The notes beneath the pieces were generated by a model. That model worked only from the letters and a program-made list of their open reading frames with translations, did no database searches and was not told where the DNA came from. The translations under genes were made by a program, and so were the position numbers. Shown in pieces: positions 27,105 through 35,037 of a stretch of 64,000 nucleotides of DNA; within the stretch, counting starts at the first letter, position 1, and every line of letters begins with the position of its first letter. The DNA is taken from positions 124,001 through 188,000 of IMG/VR virus record IMGVR_UViG_3300007352_000001, one strand, 5' to 3'.

Positions 27105-27665
27105 ATGTGGAAGTCGATGCGTGGGATCGTCATCGGTGCGGTCATCGGCGCCGTGACGCTCGTTCTGCAGGATCATCTCATGCGGCTCATCTACGCGACC
27201 GAGGAAGCCGTCCTCGATACGGTTGCAGCACTGTTCGCCGATGATGAGCGATCGGATGGAGGCAGCCAGATCGCGATCGTGGACGATACGTACGAAGAGC
27301 CGACACCTCACGCGAACCCAATGACCGAGTTTGGCGGGACGATGCACCTCTTCGCTGATGGTGCCGTGCTCTCGAAGGAATCGCCGGGCTGTGCCCTGAC
27401 GACCTACAACGGCACGAACCTGCCGTATCGCGCGCTCAACTGCTCGCCGGGGGCTGGACAGGCGTTGTGGCAGCTTCCGTGGCCGGTTGGGGACGACTTC
27501 ACCTACCGCGTGCACTACTCGACGGCGACGACGGACGTTAAGGCTTGCAAGTGGAACGTGGCGGCGCTGCCGGACCACGGCACGGCCGTCGTGTCGGTGA
27601 GCCTCAACCGTGACTCGACGACGACCACGGACTGCTCGCTCCGTAGCCTGGAGATTCGCTACTGA
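27105..27665 (+). CDS. secreted/membrane-anchored hypothetical protein
   Basis: N-terminal hydrophobic helix, four Cys. Confidence 0.6.
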   Translation: MWKSMRGIVIGAVIGAVTLVLQDHLMRLIYATEEAVLDTVAALFADDERSDGGSQIAIVDDTYEEPTPHANPMTEFGGTMHLFADGAVLSKESPGCALTTYNGTNLPYRALNCSPGAGQALWQLPWPVGDDFTYRVHYSTATTDVKACKWNVAALPDHGTAVVSVSLNRDSTTTTDCSLRSLEIRY

Positions 27666-28120
27666 TGTACCAACAAGTGCAAGCTGACCTCTGGTCGTAC
27701 CCGGCCGACTGGCGAGTCGTCACGACTAATGGCTTCACGCGCAAAGACGGCACCGCCGTCATGGGTCGCGGCATCGCGGCGCAGGCGCGCACGAAGTACC
27801 CCGAGCTGGAGCGCAAGCTCGGCTTGCAACTGCGCGTCACCGGAAACGTCGTCTACGTCTTCCCCGAGTACAAGATCATCACGTTGCCGGTGAAGCCGAC
27901 GCGTGGGCCGGACGGCACGCCCGGCTTCATGGTCGCGGCCGATCCCATCCTGATCGGGGAGAGTCTTGTACAACTCGTGCGACGGAACCTGGACGGTGTG
28001 ATCGCCATGCCGCGGCCAGGATGTGGCAACGGCAAACTGGATTGGGCCACACAGGTCAAGCCGATCTGTGACCTCGTGCTCAAAGACGACCGCTACGTGG
28101 TGGTCGATTGGGAGGAGTGA
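27665..28120 (+). CDS. macrodomain (ADP-ribose-binding/hydrolase) protein
   Basis: TTN...G.AVMGRGIA, ITLPVK, MPRPGCGNGKLDW. Confidence 0.8.
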   Translation: MYQQVQADLWSYPADWRVVTTNGFTRKDGTAVMGRGIAAQARTKYPELERKLGLQLRVTGNVVYVFPEYKIITLPVKPTRGPDGTPGFMVAADPILIGESLVQLVRRNLDGVIAMPRPGCGNGKLDWATQVKPICDLVLKDDRYVVVDWEE

Positions 28121-28123
28121 GCG

Positions 28124-29209
28124 GTGGCAGTGAAAGCGGTCAAGAAACGAAAGGCCGGCAGCACCAAAACGGCCGACGGGTTCCAGGCGTTGCTGAAAGA
28201 CCTGCGCGAGAACATGGAGGAGGGTGCAGTGCGCCTGGCCTCTGAGGGGTTCGACTCTGACGTGAAGATGTGGATCCCGACCGGGTTCACTCAGCTCGAC
28301 GTCCTGCTGAAGGGCGGGATCCCGGTTGGACGCATCGTCGAGATCTACGGCCGGGAAGGTAGTGGGAAGACGACGCTCGCTACGCAGATCATGGCGAGCT
28401 GTCAGCGCATGGGCGGCGTGGCGATCCTCCTCGACTCGGAGTCGAAGTTCTACCCCGAGCGCGCCAAGCTCATGGGCGTCGACTTGAACCAGTTGCTCAC
28501 GGTGCGCGCCAACACGGTCGAGAAGGGGTTCGCCTACATCCTGCAGATTCTGCCGAAGGCACGCGAGCACATGGCGGCTGACTTGCCGGTGGTGGTGGTG
28601 TGGGACACGATCGCCTCTGCGCCGACAGAAGCGGAGTTCGACGCGCAGACTGAAGGCGACGACCCGTTCAAGCGCGGCATGATGGAGAAGCCGCGCATCA
28701 TCAAGCAGGCGATGCGGGTCGGCGCGACACTGCTCAGCCAAACCCAAGTCTCGCTGGTGCTGATCAACCAGATCATGGAGACGCAGCACGGGGACCGGCC
28801 ACCGGGCGGCACTGGTATCCGGCACCAGACGTCAGCGCGCATTCAGATGTACCGCACCGGCGAGGAGGGGGCTGAGGTCTCGTTGCAGGCACGCATCCGC
28901 AAGCTGCAGCTCGACGGGCCGCAGTCCGGCACCGACCGCGTCGACCTCGTCATCCGCCCACACGGCGGCGCCGACCACGTCTCGATGTTGGAGTACCTCG
29001 CGACGCAGAAGGCGTGCGCCGAGATCACCAAGAGCGGCGGTTGGTACACGATCGGGTTCAACGGCACCGACCACAAGGCACAGCGCTCGACCATCGAGCA
29101 GAAGGTCATGGAAGTCGACGGCTTGTCTGACTTCTTGAAGGACCGGACAACCTTCTACATGCTCGGGATGGCTGGGTACGAGCAGTGGAAGCAGATGCAT
29201 TCGCGGTGA
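28124..29209 (+). CDS. recA: RecA/UvsX recombinase
   Basis: PTG...LD..L.GGIP.GRIVEIYGREGSGKTT, VWDTIA, LINQ. Confidence 0.93.
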   Translation: MAVKAVKKRKAGSTKTADGFQALLKDLRENMEEGAVRLASEGFDSDVKMWIPTGFTQLDVLLKGGIPVGRIVEIYGREGSGKTTLATQIMASCQRMGGVAILLDSESKFYPERAKLMGVDLNQLLTVRANTVEKGFAYILQILPKAREHMAADLPVVVVWDTIASAPTEAEFDAQTEGDDPFKRGMMEKPRIIKQAMRVGATLLSQTQVSLVLINQIMETQHGDRPPGGTGIRHQTSARIQMYRTGEEGAEVSLQARIRKLQLDGPQSGTDRVDLVIRPHGGADHVSMLEYLATQKACAEITKSGGWYTIGFNGTDHKAQRSTIEQKVMEVDGLSDFLKDRTTFYMLGMAGYEQWKQMHSR

Positions 29210-29213
29210 CGGT

Positions 29214-29747
29214 ATGCGATACGGAGGATTGCGGTTGCTGGTGCCGCCGCCTACTGACGAAGTGCGCCGAGGGGAACGGCAGTTGCTCCTGGCAATGATG
29301 GACGACGCGCAAACGTGTCTGCGTACGGCGATGACGAACTCCCGCACGTTCTGGGACACCTACGTGTGGATGTACGACCGCAGGTGCTCGGCGCCGTTCT
29401 CCTTCGAGGATACCTGCATCTATCTCCGGCTCGATCCGGAAGCAGTCCGCGATTGCCTGCGCCGCGACTTGCAGCGGCGGTTCCCGAACGGCATCCCACC
29501 GCTCTACGACGAGGACCCGCATGAACAACGTGCCCGAGCCGCTCGCGCCGGGGGTGATGCTCAAGCTCTTTCGTCCCCCAAACCCCAAAACCCAGCAGAT
29601 GGGGTTCGAGATCATCGTGTCCGATCAGAACGACAACGAAGCCGTGCAGCGGCTGAAGCAGCTGGCCAGCGAGATCCGGGGACTCGCCGACCCAGCCTAG
29701 CTGGCACGGCTCCTGCACGTTTGTACCGGTTGGAGGTCTACCAGTGA
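29214..29747 (+). CDS. hypothetical protein (ExxLLLAxxxDA...FSFExxCxxLxLDPxxVR family); 3' part may instead belong to a separate 59-aa ORF 29521-29700
   Basis: Recognisable N-terminal family motif; C-terminus looks off-frame. Confidence 0.55.
   Translation: MRYGGLRLLVPPPTDEVRRGERQLLLAMMDDAQTCLRTAMTNSRTFWDTYVWMYDRRCSAPFSFEDTCIYLRLDPEAVRDCLRRDLQRRFPNGIPPLYDEDPHEQRARAARAGGDAQALSSPKPQNPADGVRDHRVRSERQRSRAAAEAAGQRDPGTRRPSLAGTAPARLYRLEVYQ
29702..29730 (+). promoter_or_regulatory. sigma54-like repeated promoter motif, copy 2
   Basis: TGGCACGGCTCCTGCACGTTTGTACCGGT followed by SD GGAGG and GTG at 29744. Confidence 0.65.
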
Positions 29748-30571
29748 CGATCCGAGAGACGCTTACGGAGCTGGGGGAGGACATCATTCCCCAGCTGGAG
29801 GCGGTCGCCGGCCAGCATATCGAGCCGACCTACCTGACACAGTTCATGGACACGGTGCTGGGCGTCGACGAACCGTTCAGCCCGGACTACGTCCGGGCGA
29901 TCGTTCTCTTCACCATGCAGGTGCCGGGCGTGAAGCCGGCCTGCTACTACGCCGTGTCGAAGTTCTTCACCGACAACGGGTTCAAGGTGCGCATGCAGCG
30001 CACCAAGGGAAAGGGCAAGGCGAATCAGCCCGTCGAGAACACCAAGGCGGTGATGATCACGCCCGCCGCCGCGGCCGAGGAGCAGGCGCAGCGCGACGCG
30101 GCGATCGCCCAGCTCGATCAGGCTGGCCAGGACGCTGCCGCGGCGATCGCTGCTGCAGCTGCCGCCGCGGCGTCCGGTGCCCCGGCCGATCCGAACGCGC
30201 CACCGGTGGAAGGCGTCGAGGTCGAGGACCAGACGCCGAAGAAGCCGACGCCAACGTTCTGCGTCGAGGACGTGTTCTCCTACGCTGGCAGTGTGGCCGA
30301 CGAGGGCTTTCTCACGCTCGCCGAGGGCAGCAAGCAGATCAAGATCAAGCACAGCGTTACCGTGAACCCTGGACGGATCCAGCGCTTGCTGACGACGCTC
30401 GGCACGCAGGGGAAGAAAGCCGGCACGGTGGTGTACGAGACACACGAGTTCCCGCCGGCTGTCTCAGAGAGCGCTGGCACCGGCGCGCCGTCAGGGCACC
30501 GGTTGCGCCGGCTCGTGAAGTGGTACACTGATCAGAACCTCGACGTCCCGGATGGCGTCGCAGCAGAGTGA
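29744..30571 (+). CDS. hypothetical protein
   Basis: SD GGAGG; Ala-rich linker. Confidence 0.75.
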   Translation: MTIRETLTELGEDIIPQLEAVAGQHIEPTYLTQFMDTVLGVDEPFSPDYVRAIVLFTMQVPGVKPACYYAVSKFFTDNGFKVRMQRTKGKGKANQPVENTKAVMITPAAAAEEQAQRDAAIAQLDQAGQDAAAAIAAAAAAAASGAPADPNAPPVEGVEVEDQTPKKPTPTFCVEDVFSYAGSVADEGFLTLAEGSKQIKIKHSVTVNPGRIQRLLTTLGTQGKKAGTVVYETHEFPPAVSESAGTGAPSGHRLRRLVKWYTDQNLDVPDGVAAE

Positions 30572-30643
30572 GCGGCGGTCGGTTAGTCGGTAAACCACGA
30601 GACTCCAAATCTCGGACCGGGGGTTCGATTCCCTCCCGCCGTG
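30572..30643 (+). tRNA. tRNA-Trp(CCA)
   Basis: GCGGCGG/CCGCCGT acceptor, CGAGA-CTCCAAA-TCTCG anticodon arm. Confidence 0.9.
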
Positions 30644-30685
30644 CTCTGAGGTCGCAGCTGATGATGTGGTGTGGTGGAGGTGTGG

Positions 30686-31264
30686 ATGCGCGTTCAGAGC
30701 GGCAAGGCCAAGGGCCGTCGTCTCCAGGCGACGGTCGCTGAGGCTCTTTCACGGACACATGGCCTGACGATCGAGGCCGTCCCGCCGACGAAGCCGGGCG
30801 CGCGTGAGCACGGCGCGACCTACGTCGGCGAGTTCAAGCAGCCTGACCTCCGCGTCAAGCGGATGGGCGAGGCGGGCGCCGACGTCGTGCTCTTGTCACA
30901 GCGCGCCGTTGACCGCGTCGCGCTGCAAGACACCAACGGCGTCTGGCACCCGGTGTGGTTCGAGTGCAAGAACCGTGAAGGGTGGCAACTCGATGCCCAC
31001 TTCTGGAACGCTGGACGGCTCGCGATCCTCGATCGCGCTTTCGAGCAGACTGCGGAGCGTCCAGAGGAGTACGTGCCGATCGTTGTGCTCTCGCGCAATC
31101 GGCACCCGCCGCTTGCAGTGCTGCCGGTGGAGGTACCGTTCCGCTTGCGCCTGCCGGCAAATCTGCTAGACGGCACGCCAAGCCTTATGCTACCACTCCC
31201 GACCGTTTCTGTGGTGGTGTTGTTGGACCAGCTCGTGCCGTACTTCGGGTACGGCCGACCCTAA
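30686..31264 (+). CDS. PD-(D/E)XK nuclease, Holliday-junction-resolvase-like
   Basis: KAKGRR.Q, GADVVL, FECKNRE. Confidence 0.7.
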   Translation: MRVQSGKAKGRRLQATVAEALSRTHGLTIEAVPPTKPGAREHGATYVGEFKQPDLRVKRMGEAGADVVLLSQRAVDRVALQDTNGVWHPVWFECKNREGWQLDAHFWNAGRLAILDRAFEQTAERPEEYVPIVVLSRNRHPPLAVLPVEVPFRLRLPANLLDGTPSLMLPLPTVSVVVLLDQLVPYFGYGRP

Positions 31265-31281
31265 CCTGTGCGGAGGAGAAC

Positions 31282-32376
31282 ATGGCGGAAGCGGACGTCA
31301 GGGTTGGTGGTGTACGCGTCACGTTCCATCGAACGGTGCGCGTCCCGAGCAAGCGTGGCGATGGGACGCCGAATCAACTGCCGGCGAGTCTCGGGAGCTT
31401 CGGGCTCTACCCGGTGACGAGTCTCAAGCAAGCGCCGAAGCACTGGAAGCGGGAAGGCGCCTACGTGCTGCCGATGCATGGCCATGAAGCGATGTGGCTC
31501 GGTTTCGCACCGCCGGCCAAGCCGCGCGCGATGGTGATCGGCACCGGCATGGTGAACGCGGTCACCGGTGACACGCTCAGCAACGAGCTGTCGGGCGACA
31601 AGCAGAACTATGTCGTGGTGCCGCCGCAGCCGTGGATCGACGGCTTCAAGCTGAAGGGCAAAGAAGAAGTGCGGCAGTTCGTCGCCGCGGTGATGGGCGA
31701 CGGCGAGACCGCTGAAGAGCAACTCACCGGCAAGGCCGAGTTCGGCGGCATCCAGCTCGGCGTGTTCGAGCCGAAGATCGAGCTGATCCCGGTACACATG
31801 CCAGGCGCGGTTGGCGGCGCCGGCTGGATGGCGAACGAGGCGGCGTACAAAGCGTCGTCAGGTATTCTGCGCACGTGTAGCTTCAACGCCTCGACGACGC
31901 CGACCATGTCGTCGGCGCGTGGCATGTCGTCCGGGCCACCGCGGGAAACGAAGACCTCTGGCGGTATCATCGGTGCCTCAGCGGCCGACGCGCCGATCGG
32001 CATCTACAACGTCACTGACGTCAGCGAGATGGGCCTCGGCGGTGGCGGGACCATCGCGCAGAAGATCTACGACGATCCGTACCTCGACGGGAAGACGGTC
32101 GCCGAGGTGTGGTCGGCACAGCCGACCGACAAGGCGTGGATTTACATCGTGCACGCCAAGGACTGGGAGCTGCTGACTGGCAACAAGGCGCCCGCCTCGC
32201 CGATCACGTACCAGACCTACCAGGAACACGGCTATCCGTGGTTCGGACTGGCCGACGGCACGTGGGCCGACGAGGGCGGCAGCGACGCCTTCGAGCAGAT
32301 GGCGGGCGTCGGCGGCAACCCGTCGGCGGTGCACGTCGAGCCGCAGCCGAATCCAGACACGAAGGGAGTCTGGTAG
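31282..32376 (+). CDS. conserved hypothetical protein (F.RT.RVP...LP..LG.F...PM...EAMW family)
   Basis: Motifs QNYVV.P.QPWIDG, EEQLTG...GGIQL, EMGLG.GG.I.QKIY.D, YG.PWF. Confidence 0.8.
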   Translation: MAEADVRVGGVRVTFHRTVRVPSKRGDGTPNQLPASLGSFGLYPVTSLKQAPKHWKREGAYVLPMHGHEAMWLGFAPPAKPRAMVIGTGMVNAVTGDTLSNELSGDKQNYVVVPPQPWIDGFKLKGKEEVRQFVAAVMGDGETAEEQLTGKAEFGGIQLGVFEPKIELIPVHMPGAVGGAGWMANEAAYKASSGILRTCSFNASTTPTMSSARGMSSGPPRETKTSGGIIGASAADAPIGIYNVTDVSEMGLGGGGTIAQKIYDDPYLDGKTVAEVWSAQPTDKAWIYIVHAKDWELLTGNKAPASPITYQTYQEHGYPWFGLADGTWADEGGSDAFEQMAGVGGNPSAVHVEPQPNPDTKGVW

Positions 32377-32377
32377 A

Positions 32378-32533
32378 CCAGCCAGACGGAGATCCCGGTC
32401 GTGGCGGGGTTCAGACCGCTTCGGAGTCTGGCTGGGGCGCACGCCCAGAGCGGCTCTGAAGAGCCTGGTGGTTCCAGTCCAGAGGGCTGGTGAGGCCAGG
32501 CGCCAAAATACCGGTCGCGTGTGCGGCGACCGG
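32378..32533 (+). ncRNA. candidate multi-stem structured RNA / leader
   Basis: Stems CCAGCCAGAC/GTCTGGCTGG, GGGCG/CGCCC, GGCTC-TGAA-GAGCC, GCCTGG/CCAGGC, CCGGTCGC/GCGACCGG fill the intergenic gap. Confidence 0.45.
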
Positions 32534-32567
32534 CTAACCTGTGGACTGAGTGGGGGAGGTGCATCAA

Positions 32568-33506
32568 ATGCGTCGACTGTGGTGGGTAGTCGCATTCGCA
32601 TTGGTGCTGCTGTTCGGCAGCATCGTCTTCGCCGGGCCGTCGAGCAGTCGCAGCGGTGGTGGGTTCGGCAGTTCGTCGCGTAGCGGGAGCTACAGCTCGC
32701 CCTCGCGCAGTGGGAGCGGTGGATTCGGGCGTTCGGCGCCAAAGGCAGCACCACCCGCTCGCGCGCCGTCGAGTGGTGGCTTTGGATCGTCGAAGCCAGC
32801 CGCACCGTCCGCACCAAAGGCCGCACCGCCAAGCAGTGGCGGATTCGGCTACAGCTCGAAGCCGAAGCCAGCTGCACCGCCACCGGCCGCAAGTAACAGC
32901 GGCAGTGGTGGGAGTCGTAACAGCAGCGGGTGGTCAGGTGGATTCGGGTCGTCAGCCAAGTCGGCAGCCGTCGGCGCCGCGGCTGGAGCTGCTGCAGCCT
33001 CCGCAGCGGGTGGGGATTCTGGGAGCACAGCGAGTGATCCTGCCACAGCACCAGCTGCGAAGCCGTACGGTGGATTCGGCGAGTCGGCGCCCAAGGCGGT
33101 CTCGGCGCAGAAGGCCACCGACCGCGCGCTGACGCAGATGGTCGGCAAATCGGGCAAGACCTACACGACCTCGCAAGAGGCTGAGGCGGATCTGCGCGCG
33201 AAACTCGCCACGGCCAAGCTGCCGACGGAGCCCGCCGATCGTCCCGACTTCGTGCCGTCGAGTTATTCGACGTCGGGACGCAACTACACGATCATCTTCC
33301 ACGACGGCGGGTACGGGTACTGGCGCGACGATGGGTTCTGGAACCCGTTGCCGGCCGAGGCGTACATCATCCGGGCGGCGCACTTAGCGGCGTACGGCTA
33401 TCAGCCGTCGGTGGTGATCAGCGGCGGCTCGGTGATCATCTTGGTCGCCGTCTTTCTGGTCGTGGGAATCGTCATCGCAATCATCATCTACCGCATCGTG
33501 CAGTGA
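32568..33506 (+). CDS. Gly/Ser/Ala/Pro-rich membrane protein
   Basis: Signal peptide, repeated GGFG units, C-terminal TM helix. Confidence 0.75.
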   Translation: MRRLWWVVAFALVLLFGSIVFAGPSSSRSGGGFGSSSRSGSYSSPSRSGSGGFGRSAPKAAPPARAPSSGGFGSSKPAAPSAPKAAPPSSGGFGYSSKPKPAAPPPAASNSGSGGSRNSSGWSGGFGSSAKSAAVGAAAGAAAASAAGGDSGSTASDPATAPAAKPYGGFGESAPKAVSAQKATDRALTQMVGKSGKTYTTSQEAEADLRAKLATAKLPTEPADRPDFVPSSYSTSGRNYTIIFHDGGYGYWRDDGFWNPLPAEAYIIRAAHLAAYGYQPSVVISGGSVIILVAVFLVVGIVIAIIIYRIVQ

Positions 33507-33518
33507 GAGGAGGGCAAC

Positions 33519-34100
33519 GTGGCACTACGAGCAGACCAGTTCCAACAGTTCTCAGCAGGCGATCTTCTCGTCCTGCGTGACATCCATGCCATGGAGGCGA
33601 CCGGCCAGGCCGAGTGGTCGACGCCGATCAAGACCGTGCGGCGTTGGCGCTGCCAGGGCGGACAGCTTCGGTACACTCTGGCTGAGATCGCGTACGAGGA
33701 CGCGCGCCTCGCGCTGATCATCAAAGAGGTTGGGGATGCCGCCGATCTCGTGGTCGGCCGCGTCTGGTCCGAGTACGTCGCGTCGACGCCGGACACAAGC
33801 GTACTGAACCTCTGGACGCCGAACGGCCGGCACATCGACTTCAGCCCAACGATGCGCGTGCAGATCGAGAACGAGGCCGTCGACTACGACCGGCTGCCCA
33901 ACTTCCCATTCTGGGATGCGCAACTGGAAGGTACGACGGACGAACCGTCTGCGATCTGCGAATACCGCGCGACGAAGGCCGAGCCGAGTGCGTGGAATCG
34001 CAACGCGCTGGTAGAGTACTCGCCGCTGGGCGGGCTCACGACGTTGTGGCTCGGCTGGGACATCAACCCGCGCGACGTCGACATGCTCGACCAGCGCTGA
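33519..34100 (+). CDS. DUF2491/DUF4178-like protein (PspA-operon partner)
   Basis: Position before pspA; C-terminal EY...W.G..I....V.. pattern; family assignment tentative. Confidence 0.5.
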   Translation: MALRADQFQQFSAGDLLVLRDIHAMEATGQAEWSTPIKTVRRWRCQGGQLRYTLAEIAYEDARLALIIKEVGDAADLVVGRVWSEYVASTPDTSVLNLWTPNGRHIDFSPTMRVQIENEAVDYDRLPNFPFWDAQLEGTTDEPSAICEYRATKAEPSAWNRNALVEYSPLGGLTTLWLGWDINPRDVDMLDQR

Positions 34101-34127
34101 TCGCAACATCACATCAACGAGGAGGGC

Positions 34128-34838
34128 ATGGGAATGCGGCTACTCAATCGACTCAAGGACATCGTCACCGCGGTGCTCGATCAGCGCGTGCAGGAGGCCG
34201 AGTCGCAGAACGCTGGCGCGCTCGCGCAGCAAGACATCGGCCGGCTCGAAGAAGCCCTGCGCGAGTCGTCCGGCGCTGTTGCCTCACTGGGCGCCGAAGT
34301 GCAAGCACAGGCCGACCTGGAAGCGGAACTGCGCGGGGAAGTACAGCGCTGGCACGACGTCGCCAAGATCGAGGCCGAAGCCGGGCACGACGACACAGCG
34401 CGCCAGGCGCTGCAGCGCAAGCTCGACGCCGCGGCCGAACTCCAGGCGGTCTCGACCGGCTACGCGGCGTTGAAGGAACGCTTCGAGACGGCCAAGGGGC
34501 GCGTGCTGGAGAATGCCGAGCGTCTCCAGCAAGCGAAGTCGCGCGTCCGCACCGCCGTCGCGCGTGACCAGGCCGAGCAAGCAACCGCCGCGGCTGATCG
34601 CGCGTTCGGTGACCTCGGGGATCACGAAGACCTCTTCCAGCGCATCGACGTGATGGAGGATCACATCGAGCGTCGCGAGCGCACCAACGAAGAGGCGCGC
34701 AAGCTGGCCGATCAGATCGCCGGCAAGGATCTCCTCCGTGCGGCCGATCAGACGGCGCGCACGCGGGCGGTCGAGGACGAGCTGGCGGCGCTCAAGACCC
34801 CGCCGCCGGCCGCACCGGCGAGTTCACCGACTGCCTGA
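34128..34838 (+). CDS. pspA: PspA/IM30 family protein
   Basis: M.LL.RLKDIV.A.L, coiled coil, AR.AL.RK, F.RI..ME..I.R.E, VEDELAALK. Confidence 0.85.
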   Translation: MGMRLLNRLKDIVTAVLDQRVQEAESQNAGALAQQDIGRLEEALRESSGAVASLGAEVQAQADLEAELRGEVQRWHDVAKIEAEAGHDDTARQALQRKLDAAAELQAVSTGYAALKERFETAKGRVLENAERLQQAKSRVRTAVARDQAEQATAAADRAFGDLGDHEDLFQRIDVMEDHIERRERTNEEARKLADQIAGKDLLRAADQTARTRAVEDELAALKTPPPAAPASSPTA

Positions 34839-35037
34839 GCAGCAATGCTCGAAGACACTACAACCGGCGGCGCGGACCCTTCGCGCTCAGCCCTAGCTGA
34901 GTACCGTCGCCACAAGGTGACACGAGGCGATCTTCACCCGCCGCATGCGTACCAGCCGGTTGTAGAGGGGGAGGGTGGCGCATCCACCCTCCCCCGTCCT
35001 TCGGAAGGGAGTGAAACAGGACCAGCTCTTGGCCAAG
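34837..35037 (+). ncRNA. candidate omegaRNA/sgRNA-like scaffold plus guide
   Basis: GAGCA-GCAA-TGCTC; 11-bp CTACAACCGGC/GCCGGTTGTAG enclosing three hairpins; 12-bp GGGGGAGGGTGG/CCACCCTCCCCC; ends GGAAGGGAGTGAAAC. Confidence 0.45.

Noticed and set aside
32456-32510. Hammerhead ribozyme core (CTGAAGA + stem)
   Set aside because: The required GAAA after stem II is absent (GCCAAAA instead)
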